Below are positions 1 through 7,046 of a stretch of DNA of 17,380 nucleotides, in pieces. The notes below the pieces were generated by a model. The model had not been told where the DNA came from and ran no database searches. It saw nothing but the letters and a program-made list of their open reading frames with translations. The translations under genes and the position numbers were made by a program. The DNA lies in assembly GCA_046598045.1 (NCBI GenBank), contig JBKJJJ010000121.1, positions 1 through 17,380 on the forward strand, written 5' to 3'. This DNA comes from Candidatus Eiseniibacteriota bacterium (GTDB lineage Bacteria > Eisenbacteria > RBG-16-71-46 > DASYSL01). How positions within the stretch are numbered: the first letter of the stretch is position 1; each line of letters starts with the position of its first letter.

Positions 1-33
1 AACTGTAAAATTGTTCTGGGGCGCACACAGGCG

Positions 34-1404
34 TCACTTCGGGGCCTGGTTACGGTAGCGCGCCTTGAGCGCTCCCCAGGTCTCCGGGTGGGTCGGCGTC
101 GGGCCGCACGAGGCGCAGGCGAGACCGCCCACGCCCCAGAAATCGTCCCCGCAGCCCGGCGTGAGCAGGGGGGAGTTGGCACAAAGGCCGAGGTCGTGCG
201 CCGCGAGATCACACAGGCGCGGATCGACCGCGAGGTTGGTCGCGGCGGCGGCGGGCAGGCAGGAGCCCGAGAGATCCGGCCCGCCATTCTGGTAGAGGTC
301 GCAGCACCCGATGTCGAGCGTCGCCCGCGGATCGAGGCAGGCGAGGCCGCTCTGGTTGCCTGCAACGATCGACGACGCGATGCGCAGTACGCCCGCCCCC
401 GTGACCCCTCCGGCGGCGGGGGCCGTGCCGCGCGCGAGGAGCACGTCCGAGTGCGTGATCGAAAGCAGCGCGCAATCGCTCAGCGCGCGCGTGGAGTTCG
501 GAAAGGTTCGCCCCGCCTGCGCCGACGGAGAGGCGGCGTCGCACGAGACGTGGAGCCCGCCGCCGCCCCGACCCGAGGTGCATTCGAGGAACGAACAGAA
601 CGAGACGATCACCTGGCCGCCCGCGGCCACGCTCACGCCGCCGCCCACGCCGCCGGCGCCCGCGCCGTCGACCCGCAGGTTCGAGAGCGTCGCGGTGCAG
701 GCGTCGAGATGGAGCCCGCCGCCGTCGCCGGTTGCGCTGGTCCCCATGACCACGCCGCCGAGCACCGTGATGCGCGCGCCGCCGGTCGCATAGAGCGCGC
801 CGCCCGAGCTCGCGCTGGTGCCGGACGCCGTGACATTCGTCCAGGCCAGCGTTCCACCCGCCTGGAAATGCGCGCCCCCGAATCCGGCGGTCGTGCCGGT
901 CCAGGCGCAGCGCTCGAAGCTCACGCTTGCGCCCGCGGCGCCGCTGCCGCCACCATAGTCCGCCCGTGCGCCATCGAAGCTGCAATCGCGCACCGCGAGC
1001 GTCCCGCCGATCACGCCCAGCGCTCCGCCCAGGGTGGAACCGCCATCGTCGATCCCCGTGCCTCCGGTCAGTCGGAATCCTTCGAGCCGGCTCCCGGCCG
1101 CGAGGCCGCGCGCCTCGACGGCGGCGCCGAGGCGCTGGGCGTCTATGACGGCGGAGCCGGGCAGCCCCGCGGCGCGCAGGGTCACGCCCGACACGAGCAT
1201 GACGCGTTCGGCATACGTACCGGGGGAGACGAGCACGGTGTCACCGGCGCCGGAGGCGGCAAGGGCGCCGGCGATGCTCGCGAATTCCTCGGGCACGCGG
1301 CGCGTGGTGCCTTCCGCGTCCACCGCAGCGGTGGCGATCGCCGCCCCGGCAAGGGCGAACGCCGCGCGCGCCTCCCAGAGGTGGCGCGCCCTCAGGGCAG
1401 CCAC
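34..1404 (-). CDS. Secreted right-handed parallel beta-helix repeat protein (pectin lyase-like/Pmp-like GGA repeats) with Cys-rich C-terminus and TWGxxKxxYR tail
   Basis: Part of ORF 34..1572. The start is moved to GTG 1404, which overlaps the upstream stop at 1392-1394 and yields a signal-peptide-like N-terminus (MAALRARHLWEARAAFALAGAAIATAAVDAEG). Next comes the typical beta-helix cap 'RRVPEEFASIAGAL..SGAGDTVLVSPGTYAE', repeated GGAL/GGAH/GGGL/GGGV turns, 'DPRLCD...DLGLCANSP' and the terminal 'TWGALKARYR'. The exact start is uncertain. Confidence 0.8.
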   Translation of the reverse strand: MAALRARHLWEARAAFALAGAAIATAAVDAEGTTRRVPEEFASIAGALAASGAGDTVLVSPGTYAERVMLVSGVTLRAAGLPGSAVIDAQRLGAAVEARGLAAGSRLEGFRLTGGTGIDDGGSTLGGALGVIGGTLAVRDCSFDGARADYGGGSGAAGASVSFERCAWTGTTAGFGGAHFQAGGTLAWTNVTASGTSASSGGALYATGGARITVLGGVVMGTSATGDGGGLHLDACTATLSNLRVDGAGAGGVGGGVSVAAGGQVIVSFCSFLECTSGRGGGGLHVSCDAASPSAQAGRTFPNSTRALSDCALLSITHSDVLLARGTAPAAGGVTGAGVLRIASSIVAGNQSGLACLDPRATLDIGCCDLYQNGGPDLSGSCLPAAAATNLAVDPRLCDLAAHDLGLCANSPLLTPGCGDDFWGVGGLACASCGPTPTHPETWGALKARYRNQAPK

Positions 1405-4355
1405 ACGAAGCGCCCGTGCGCCAGCAATCGACCCGCGGGGTCCACGACGCGCACGAACACCACGCCCGGGGCAACGCGTGCGCCATCGCCGGAGGTCCCC
1501 ACCCAGGTCAGGCGGGCCGGGCCCGTGCCCGCGGCATCGAGCGTCGCGATCCTGCGGCCGGCGACGTTGCACAGGAGCACGCGCGTGCCGGGCGGTCGCG
1601 CGCCGGACGTGTCGAGCGCGAGGGCGACGCGGCCGCGCGCGGGATTCGGTGCGGCTTCGACGCGGGCGATGCCGGGTTCCGGGCCGCCTGTGACGTCGAC
1701 CGGGGCGCTCGCCGGCGCGGCGTGCACGATCTCGCGCAAGCGCCGCCCATTGCTCCCGATCGCGAGCCAGATCACGTGCGTGCGTCCCAGCGGATCGATC
1801 GTGAACGCGGCGCCACCGAGTTGCTCATCCTGGAAGCCCGCGAGCCGGGAAGGGCCCGCGTCCCAGACGTCGTTCGCGCGGTGCCAGACCGTCTCCACCA
1901 ATTCGATCAGCCCGGACGTGTTGGTCCGGCGCACCAACAGGTGCACGTCACCCCGGGCGTCGGTCACGGCGCGCGGCGAATCGAGCGGCTGCGCGTTGCG
2001 GTACGCCGAATCAAAGCCGAGGTCCCAGCCCTTGAACCGCGACCAGCGCGCGCGGCGGATCTCGCTCTGCGTCGGCAGGTTGTCGCGCCAGAAGAACCAC
2101 ACCGAGGTATCGGAGGCGGCCGCAAGCGTCGCCTGGTTGCTGGTGAAACCGTCGGTCTCGGAGAAGTAACGCGATGCCGTCCATACGGCGCCGCTGTCGA
2201 CGCAGGCCTTGACCTCGTCGACGCCCGCGATACGCTCGAGGAACGCGATCACGATGCGGTTGCCCGCGGTGGCGATCGAGGGCGCGCCCGAGTTCGTCAG
2301 GATCGCGAACCCCTCGGGATAGGAGACCCGCACGTCGCTCTTGAGGGCCTCCTGGTCCGGGGCGAAGACGCGCGCATAGATCGACGAACCGCCGTCGCGG
2401 CCGTCCGTCCACGCGAGCGCGATCCGCCCGTCGGCGGTCCAGGCGACCGCGGGCAATTGCGAGAACGAGCTATTCTGCGTCACCCGGTGCGCGGAACCGA
2501 ACGCTCCGCCCGCCGGGGCCCACGCGTAGTAGATCTCCGAGTTGCCATCGCGCGTGTCCCACCAGGCCACCGCGCGTCGCCCGTTCTTGTCGATCGCCAG
2601 CGCGGGCGAGCTCGACAACCCCGGCTCGTTGGTCAGCGGCAGGGGTGTTCCCCAGTCGACCCCGAAGCGCTTGCGCCGGAGCACGACCTCCGGGGCGCCC
2701 GAGACGTCGTCCATGGTCGCGAGCCACAGGTCTCCTCCCGGATCGGCCGCGAGCGCGGTCGCGTTGTTCGCCACCAGGGAACCGCCCGCTCCGAGCGCGC
2801 CGATCTCGATCGGGTCGCTCCAACCCGCGGGCAGCAGCTGGACGTAGGCGCGCACCTCGCTGCCGACTTCGCGGATTGCCTCGAGCGAGGTGTTGAGCGG
2901 CCGCCCGTCGTAGGTTGTCGTCGAGGGCGCGGTGTCGTCGGCAAAGCGCGTGGCGCCCGACAACCCGGGGAAGGGGTCGCGGCCATCGCCGCGATTGATC
3001 GTGAACTTCATGTCGTAGTGGCCGTCGGCTTCCTCGACGCGCAGCGCGGGAGTGAATCCCGAGTTCACGGTGTTGAGGATTCGTTTCTGCGCCATGACGT
3101 CGGAGCGGATACGCGAGACCAGCAACCCGTGGCCGGGCAGCGTGCCGTCGAAGCCGGTCTTCTGGCGGTTCTCGAGCAGGAACCACTCATCCGATGCCTC
3201 GCCCTGGTACCACAGGCGGTAGGCGAGGTTCGCGCTCGCGACGGGAGCGAACGCGCGGTCGCCGTCGACGACCAGGTTTTCGAGCGTGATCCAGCCGGCA
3301 TCCCACCTCGCCCAGGCGCACGGATGCGTGGGGCGCTCGGGCGTCCGGTTGTCGCCGCCGTATGCGCCGGTCGCCATCAGGCACCAGTTTCCCGGACCGA
3401 GATTCGTGCCGCCGCCGAGCGAGGCCGTGTCGTAGAGATCCGGCCAGCCGAGGTCATGGCCGAACTCGTGGCAGTAGACGCCGATCTCCGTGAACTTGCC
3501 GGGCTCGATCGCGGACAATTCGGGGAGCACGGAGAACTGGTCCACCTTCATGAACTGTCCCGGGTGGCCGGGCCGCGGATCGGCGGTGACATAGGGTGCG
3601 ACCTGTCCCCAGGAGTTCGCAATCGTGGTGGTGACCGACCACAGGCGGCTGCGATCGCCCGCGGCGCCCTCGGCGCCCATGCTGCTGTGGACGAAGAACA
3701 CGCAGTCCACGTAACCGTCGCCGTTGCGGTCGTATTGCGAGAAGTCGACGTCGGGGTCGAACGCCTTGAGCGCGGCGTAGACCATCCCCGCGTCGTTCTG
3801 GGGAAACGCGAGTCGCGCGAGCCCGTACGAGTCGTTGCCGTAGAAGTTCGCGGTGTCGGGCAGCGTCTTCCAACCGTAGGTCCGGCCGCGCACTGTGAGC
3901 AGGCCGCCCGACACCTCTTTATAGTAGTCGGCCATCGAGCCCGTCGGGATCGCGCCCGTGGTGTCGAACAGCAGCGGCTGGAAGCGCGCGGCGGGATAGG
4001 TGGACCGGCGGTCCGGAAAATCGAACAGGAGCACCGGGATGTTCCAGCGGCCGAGCGTGCCCGCGGTCGCGTCTGTAACCGGGCCCTGGGGGACCAACCG
4101 GGCCGCGGGCCGCGTGGCCCCGGCCGCGATCGCGGCTCGCACCTCGGCCGGCAACGCGCCGCCGGCGGCCGGCGGCATGACGGCGAGCGCGTCGGAAGGG
4201 CCGAGCACGCATAGGGCTGCGGCCACGAACACCAGCGCGCAGGCAAGGTGATCGCCAAGGGAGAGAATCGAGGGTCGAAGCGGTGGGCGCCGGGCCGGTG
4301 CGAGGGAGCATCGCCCGACACCCGAATGTCCAGCGATCACGCGATCTCCTGGCAC
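1392..4355 (-). CDS. M6-family (immune inhibitor A-like) secreted zinc metalloprotease with repeat/propeller-like middle region and C-terminal T9SS/FlgD-Ig-like domain
   Basis: Zinc motif HEFGHDLGWPDLYD (HEFGH at 3456-3470). Other M6 hallmarks: 'PVLLFDFPD', 'GSMADYYKEVSGG', 'VDFSQYDRNGDGYVD', 'GNWCLMATG', 'EWFLLENRQKTGFD..LPG.GLL', 'VEEADG'. Hydrophobic signal 'LACALVFVAAALCVLGPSDALA'. C-terminal 'AAPNPARGRV...NVAGRRIATL...TWVG...GARVAPGVVFVRV'. The GTG start at 4355 is uncertain. Confidence 0.9.
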   Translation of the reverse strand: MPGDRVIAGHSGVGRCSLAPARRPPLRPSILSLGDHLACALVFVAAALCVLGPSDALAVMPPAAGGALPAEVRAAIAAGATRPAARLVPQGPVTDATAGTLGRWNIPVLLFDFPDRRSTYPAARFQPLLFDTTGAIPTGSMADYYKEVSGGLLTVRGRTYGWKTLPDTANFYGNDSYGLARLAFPQNDAGMVYAALKAFDPDVDFSQYDRNGDGYVDCVFFVHSSMGAEGAAGDRSRLWSVTTTIANSWGQVAPYVTADPRPGHPGQFMKVDQFSVLPELSAIEPGKFTEIGVYCHEFGHDLGWPDLYDTASLGGGTNLGPGNWCLMATGAYGGDNRTPERPTHPCAWARWDAGWITLENLVVDGDRAFAPVASANLAYRLWYQGEASDEWFLLENRQKTGFDGTLPGHGLLVSRIRSDVMAQKRILNTVNSGFTPALRVEEADGHYDMKFTINRGDGRDPFPGLSGATRFADDTAPSTTTYDGRPLNTSLEAIREVGSEVRAYVQLLPAGWSDPIEIGALGAGGSLVANNATALAADPGGDLWLATMDDVSGAPEVVLRRKRFGVDWGTPLPLTNEPGLSSSPALAIDKNGRRAVAWWDTRDGNSEIYYAWAPAGGAFGSAHRVTQNSSFSQLPAVAWTADGRIALAWTDGRDGGSSIYARVFAPDQEALKSDVRVSYPEGFAILTNSGAPSIATAGNRIVIAFLERIAGVDEVKACVDSGAVWTASRYFSETDGFTSNQATLAAASDTSVWFFWRDNLPTQSEIRRARWSRFKGWDLGFDSAYRNAQPLDSPRAVTDARGDVHLLVRRTNTSGLIELVETVWHRANDVWDAGPSRLAGFQDEQLGGAAFTIDPLGRTHVIWLAIGSNGRRLREIVHAAPASAPVDVTGGPEPGIARVEAAPNPARGRVALALDTSGARPPGTRVLLCNVAGRRIATLDAAGTGPARLTWVGTSGDGARVAPGVVFVRVVDPAGRLLAHGRFVWLP

Positions 4356-4381
4356 GGGATGAAGCCCGGTCGAGCGCGTCG

Positions 4382-4411
4382 AGTATGGCGGGCGCGCGCG
4401 CGGGGGGTCAA
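4382..4411 (-). promoter_or_regulatory. Putative sigma70-type promoter for the M6 protease / beta-helix operon
   Basis: Minus strand TTGACC (4411-4406), 18 bp spacer, CATACT (4387-4382), just upstream of the ORF start at 4355. Confidence 0.5.
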
Positions 4412-4416
4412 GCCCT

Positions 4417-4444
4417 TTGCCGCGTCAGGAGCCTGTGCTAGGTT
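4417..4444 (+). promoter_or_regulatory. Putative sigma70-type promoter with extended -10 for the GWxTD/NlpC operon
   Basis: TTGCCG (4417-4422), 16 bp spacer ending in TGc, TAGGTT (4439-4444). Same architecture as the putative gdh promoter. Confidence 0.5.
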
Positions 4445-4450
4445 CGGTTC

Positions 4451-5767
4451 GTGCAAAGACTTCGCGGATTCTTCGAGCGGCGCGTGGGTCCCGCGCGGCG
4501 GGATGCACGGGTGCGCCCCGGCCCCGTGTGGCTGCTCGCGCTCATGCTGGTGTTCCGCGCGTCCGGCGCTGGCGCGGGCGAGATCGGGCCGACCGAACCG
4601 CTGGTCAGCGAGTCCTCTCCGCGCTTCGGTGCCGACGTCAACGCCTACCTCACACCGACGGGCACCGCGCTCGGGTTCGACTTCGAGACCCCGGTGGCCG
4701 AACTCGCCTTCATCCAGGTCCCGGCCGGATACGGGGCGGCTGTCCGCGTGACCGTCGTGTTCCGGAGCAAGCGCGGGGACCAGGCCGGCGGCGACGTCTG
4801 GGAGAACCGCGTCGTCCTCGCGACCTTCCCCGAGACGCGCGAGGCCGGGAGCCGCCTGCGCTTCCACCGGGATTTCAAGTTGCCGCCCGCTGAGTACCGC
4901 GTGGACGTCACCCTCGAGGATCTCAACGGCGGCCGCAAGTCGCACTCCGAGGGCCGTGTCCGGGTTCCGGAGTTCGGCCCTGGGGCGCTCGGACTCGGCG
5001 ACCTGCAGTTCGGTTTTTGCGGTCCGGACTCGAGTTTCACGCTCCTGCCCTCGCGCAAGTTCGAGGCCAATCTCGACGCGATGTGCGTGCGGGGCTCGGT
5101 CTATGACCGCCGGGGAGACAATTCGCCGCACGCCTATGCGATCCACAGCAAGGTCACGGCGGAGACCGGAGAGGACCTCGTGCGCGCCGACACCGTGCTC
5201 TCGCTCGGAGCGGGCGGGGAGTTCCTGCTGCACCCGAACGTGCGGGACCTGTTCCTCGGGGAGTACACCTACGAAGTCGAGATCAAGGATGGCGACCGAA
5301 GGTGGCGGACTGCCCGCACGTTCGAGGTCGAAACCCTCAACCTGCCGCGCGGCCAGAACTACCTGACCGTGGTCGAGATCCTCTCGAACGTGGCGACCCG
5401 CGAGGAATACGACGAGCTGCACAAGGCCGGGAGCGACTCGACCCGCGTCCGCGCCTGGGAGAACTTCTGGGCCCGTCGTGACCCGACGCCCGATACGCCG
5501 CGCAACGAGGCCATGCTCGATTTCTTCCGGCGCGTGCGCTATGCGAACACCCATTTCTCCGGCCAGACCGGGGCGGGATGGCGGACCGACCAGGGGCGCG
5601 TGTACATCCGCTTCGGCGCGCCCGACCAGATCGAGGATCGCCCCGCGACGTTCTACGATCCGGCGCTCCAGATCTGGCACTACTTCGCGCTCAACCAACG
5701 TTTCGTGTTTGCCGACCGCGAGGGATTCGGCCGCTACGAGTTGATCTCCCCCGGACTCGATCGCTGA
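4451..5767 (+). CDS. GWxTD domain-containing exported protein
   Basis: Motif 'FW.RRDPTPDTPRNEAM..FFRRVRYAN.HFS....GWRTDQGRVYIRFGAPD.IE....QIWHY......FVFADREGFGRYEL' (GWRTD at 5576-5590). N-terminal signal-like 'VWLLALMLVFRASGAGA' and beta-sandwich-like segments. The start could be GTG 4451 or a later GTG. Confidence 0.88.
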   Translation: MQRLRGFFERRVGPARRDARVRPGPVWLLALMLVFRASGAGAGEIGPTEPLVSESSPRFGADVNAYLTPTGTALGFDFETPVAELAFIQVPAGYGAAVRVTVVFRSKRGDQAGGDVWENRVVLATFPETREAGSRLRFHRDFKLPPAEYRVDVTLEDLNGGRKSHSEGRVRVPEFGPGALGLGDLQFGFCGPDSSFTLLPSRKFEANLDAMCVRGSVYDRRGDNSPHAYAIHSKVTAETGEDLVRADTVLSLGAGGEFLLHPNVRDLFLGEYTYEVEIKDGDRRWRTARTFEVETLNLPRGQNYLTVVEILSNVATREEYDELHKAGSDSTRVRAWENFWARRDPTPDTPRNEAMLDFFRRVRYANTHFSGQTGAGWRTDQGRVYIRFGAPDQIEDRPATFYDPALQIWHYFALNQRFVFADREGFGRYELISPGLDR

Positions 5768-5768
5768 C

Positions 5769-6692
5769 GTGGCGCGCCTGAGCTCCCCGGCAGCCACCCG
5801 AGGGGGCTTCGCGCCGCCGTCCCCGCTCGCCGCCGCGCGGGCATCCGCCGCCGTGGTCGCCGTGCCGGTCGCCGACGTGCGTCGCCTCCCCGACCACACG
5901 AGCGAACTCGTCAGCCAGGGGCTCTTCGGGGAAACCTTTCGCGTCCTCGCCCTGAGCCGCGACCGGCGCTGGCTCCACCTGCGCGGGGAAGAGGATGGCT
6001 ACGCCGGCTGGGTGCGCTCGTGGTCGCTGGCGCTCGGAAGCCTCGCCAGCGCCTCCGCCTGGCGCGGGCGCGCCCTCGGGCGGGTCGACCTGCCGTGGCT
6101 GGATCTCGGCCCGGCGCGCGGCGCGCTCCCGTTCGGGGCTCGAGTCGCGCGGGATCGCGGAATGCTCTGGGGCCCGCTGGGGCCGCTCGGCGTCCGTGCC
6201 GTGGGCGTCGCCGCGCTGGTGGGACCGCGGGTGGGGGTTCCTTCACCCCGACTGGGGCGCGCGGTGGTCGCGACCGCCGTCCGCCTCACAGGCGTGCCCT
6301 ACCACTGGGGAGGCCGCACGTTCGCCGGCACCGACTGCTCGGGCCTGGTTCAACTCGCGGCCCGGCCGCATGGACTGGCGCTGCCGCGCGATGCCCGGGT
6401 GCAATGCCTGGGCGTGGGGGGCGTGCGTCGGCTGCTCGCCTTCGAGCGCGCGATGCTTCCGGCGGGCCAGGGTGGAATCCGGCCCGGGGACCTGTGGTTC
6501 TTCGGTCCCGGCCCCGGAGCCGTGACTCACGTCGCCCTTTCCACGGGAGGTCTCGGGTTGATTCACGCCTATGGCCGGGTCGCGCCCGGAAGCCTCGATC
6601 CCGGCGCTCCGGCGTTCGAACCCGAGCTCTTTCGAAATGTGCTCGGCTGGGGACGGTTGGCGTCCTTCCTTTCCCACAAGAGAGCCAGCTAA
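5769..6692 (+). CDS. SH3-domain NlpC/P60 (C40) peptidase, YkfC/dipeptidyl-peptidase VI-like gamma-D-glutamyl endopeptidase
   Basis: N-terminal SH3b-like 'VAVPVADVRRLPD.TSELVSQGLFGE...W.....EDGYAGWV'. Catalytic domain 'GVPYHWGGRT..GTDCSGLVQ' (DCSG 6333-6344), 'LPRDA..Q', 'PGDLWFF', 'HVALS', 'IHA'. Starts 1 nt after the GWxTD stop. Confidence 0.88.
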   Translation: MARLSSPAATRGGFAPPSPLAAARASAAVVAVPVADVRRLPDHTSELVSQGLFGETFRVLALSRDRRWLHLRGEEDGYAGWVRSWSLALGSLASASAWRGRALGRVDLPWLDLGPARGALPFGARVARDRGMLWGPLGPLGVRAVGVAALVGPRVGVPSPRLGRAVVATAVRLTGVPYHWGGRTFAGTDCSGLVQLAARPHGLALPRDARVQCLGVGGVRRLLAFERAMLPAGQGGIRPGDLWFFGPGPGAVTHVALSTGGLGLIHAYGRVAPGSLDPGAPAFEPELFRNVLGWGRLASFLSHKRAS

Positions 6693-6872
6693 ACGACATA
6701 ACGACAATATCTTAAATTGCGGATCGCGGGCGGGCTCCTGGCCGGGTCGCCGCTCCGGGCCCGGGGTCGGGTCTCGGCCTGCTGACCCCCTGTGGATCGT
6801 TGCCCGACAATGGCTTACGAGGGTGGGGTCTGACTATTTCCCCTGGCGAGCAATTTTCCGCTCAAAGGGGGG

Positions 6873-6901
6873 TTGACACGGGCGTGGTTCGGGGACAGGA
6901 T
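6873..6901 (+). promoter_or_regulatory. Putative sigma70 promoter of the outer-membrane protein gene
   Basis: Perfect TTGACA (6873-6878), 17 bp spacer, CAGGAT (6896-6901) in the intergenic region. Confidence 0.55.
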
Positions 6902-7046
6902 GCGCCCGGCTCTTGCCAGGTCCCTCCCGATCCCGATATGAGGATGCGGGCCCGGTAAGGTCGTACCTTGTCTCGATTCCTCGGGACAGGGTTTTTCCAT
7001 GGAGGACTAGCCCCAAGAATTGGGGCGTCCAGGAGGTCCCGAAGAC

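Noticed and set aside
1405..1572. N-terminal extension of the 512-aa ORF call
   Set aside because: Overlaps the M6 protease C-terminal domain in another frame and looks non-coding; GTG 1404 gives a signal-peptide-like start.
88..4214. Long plus-strand ORFs 88..2169 (693 aa) and 1416..4214 (932 aa)
   Set aside because: Arg/Ala/Gly-rich antisense shadows of the beta-helix and M6 genes with no motifs; expected in high-GC DNA with biased codon use.
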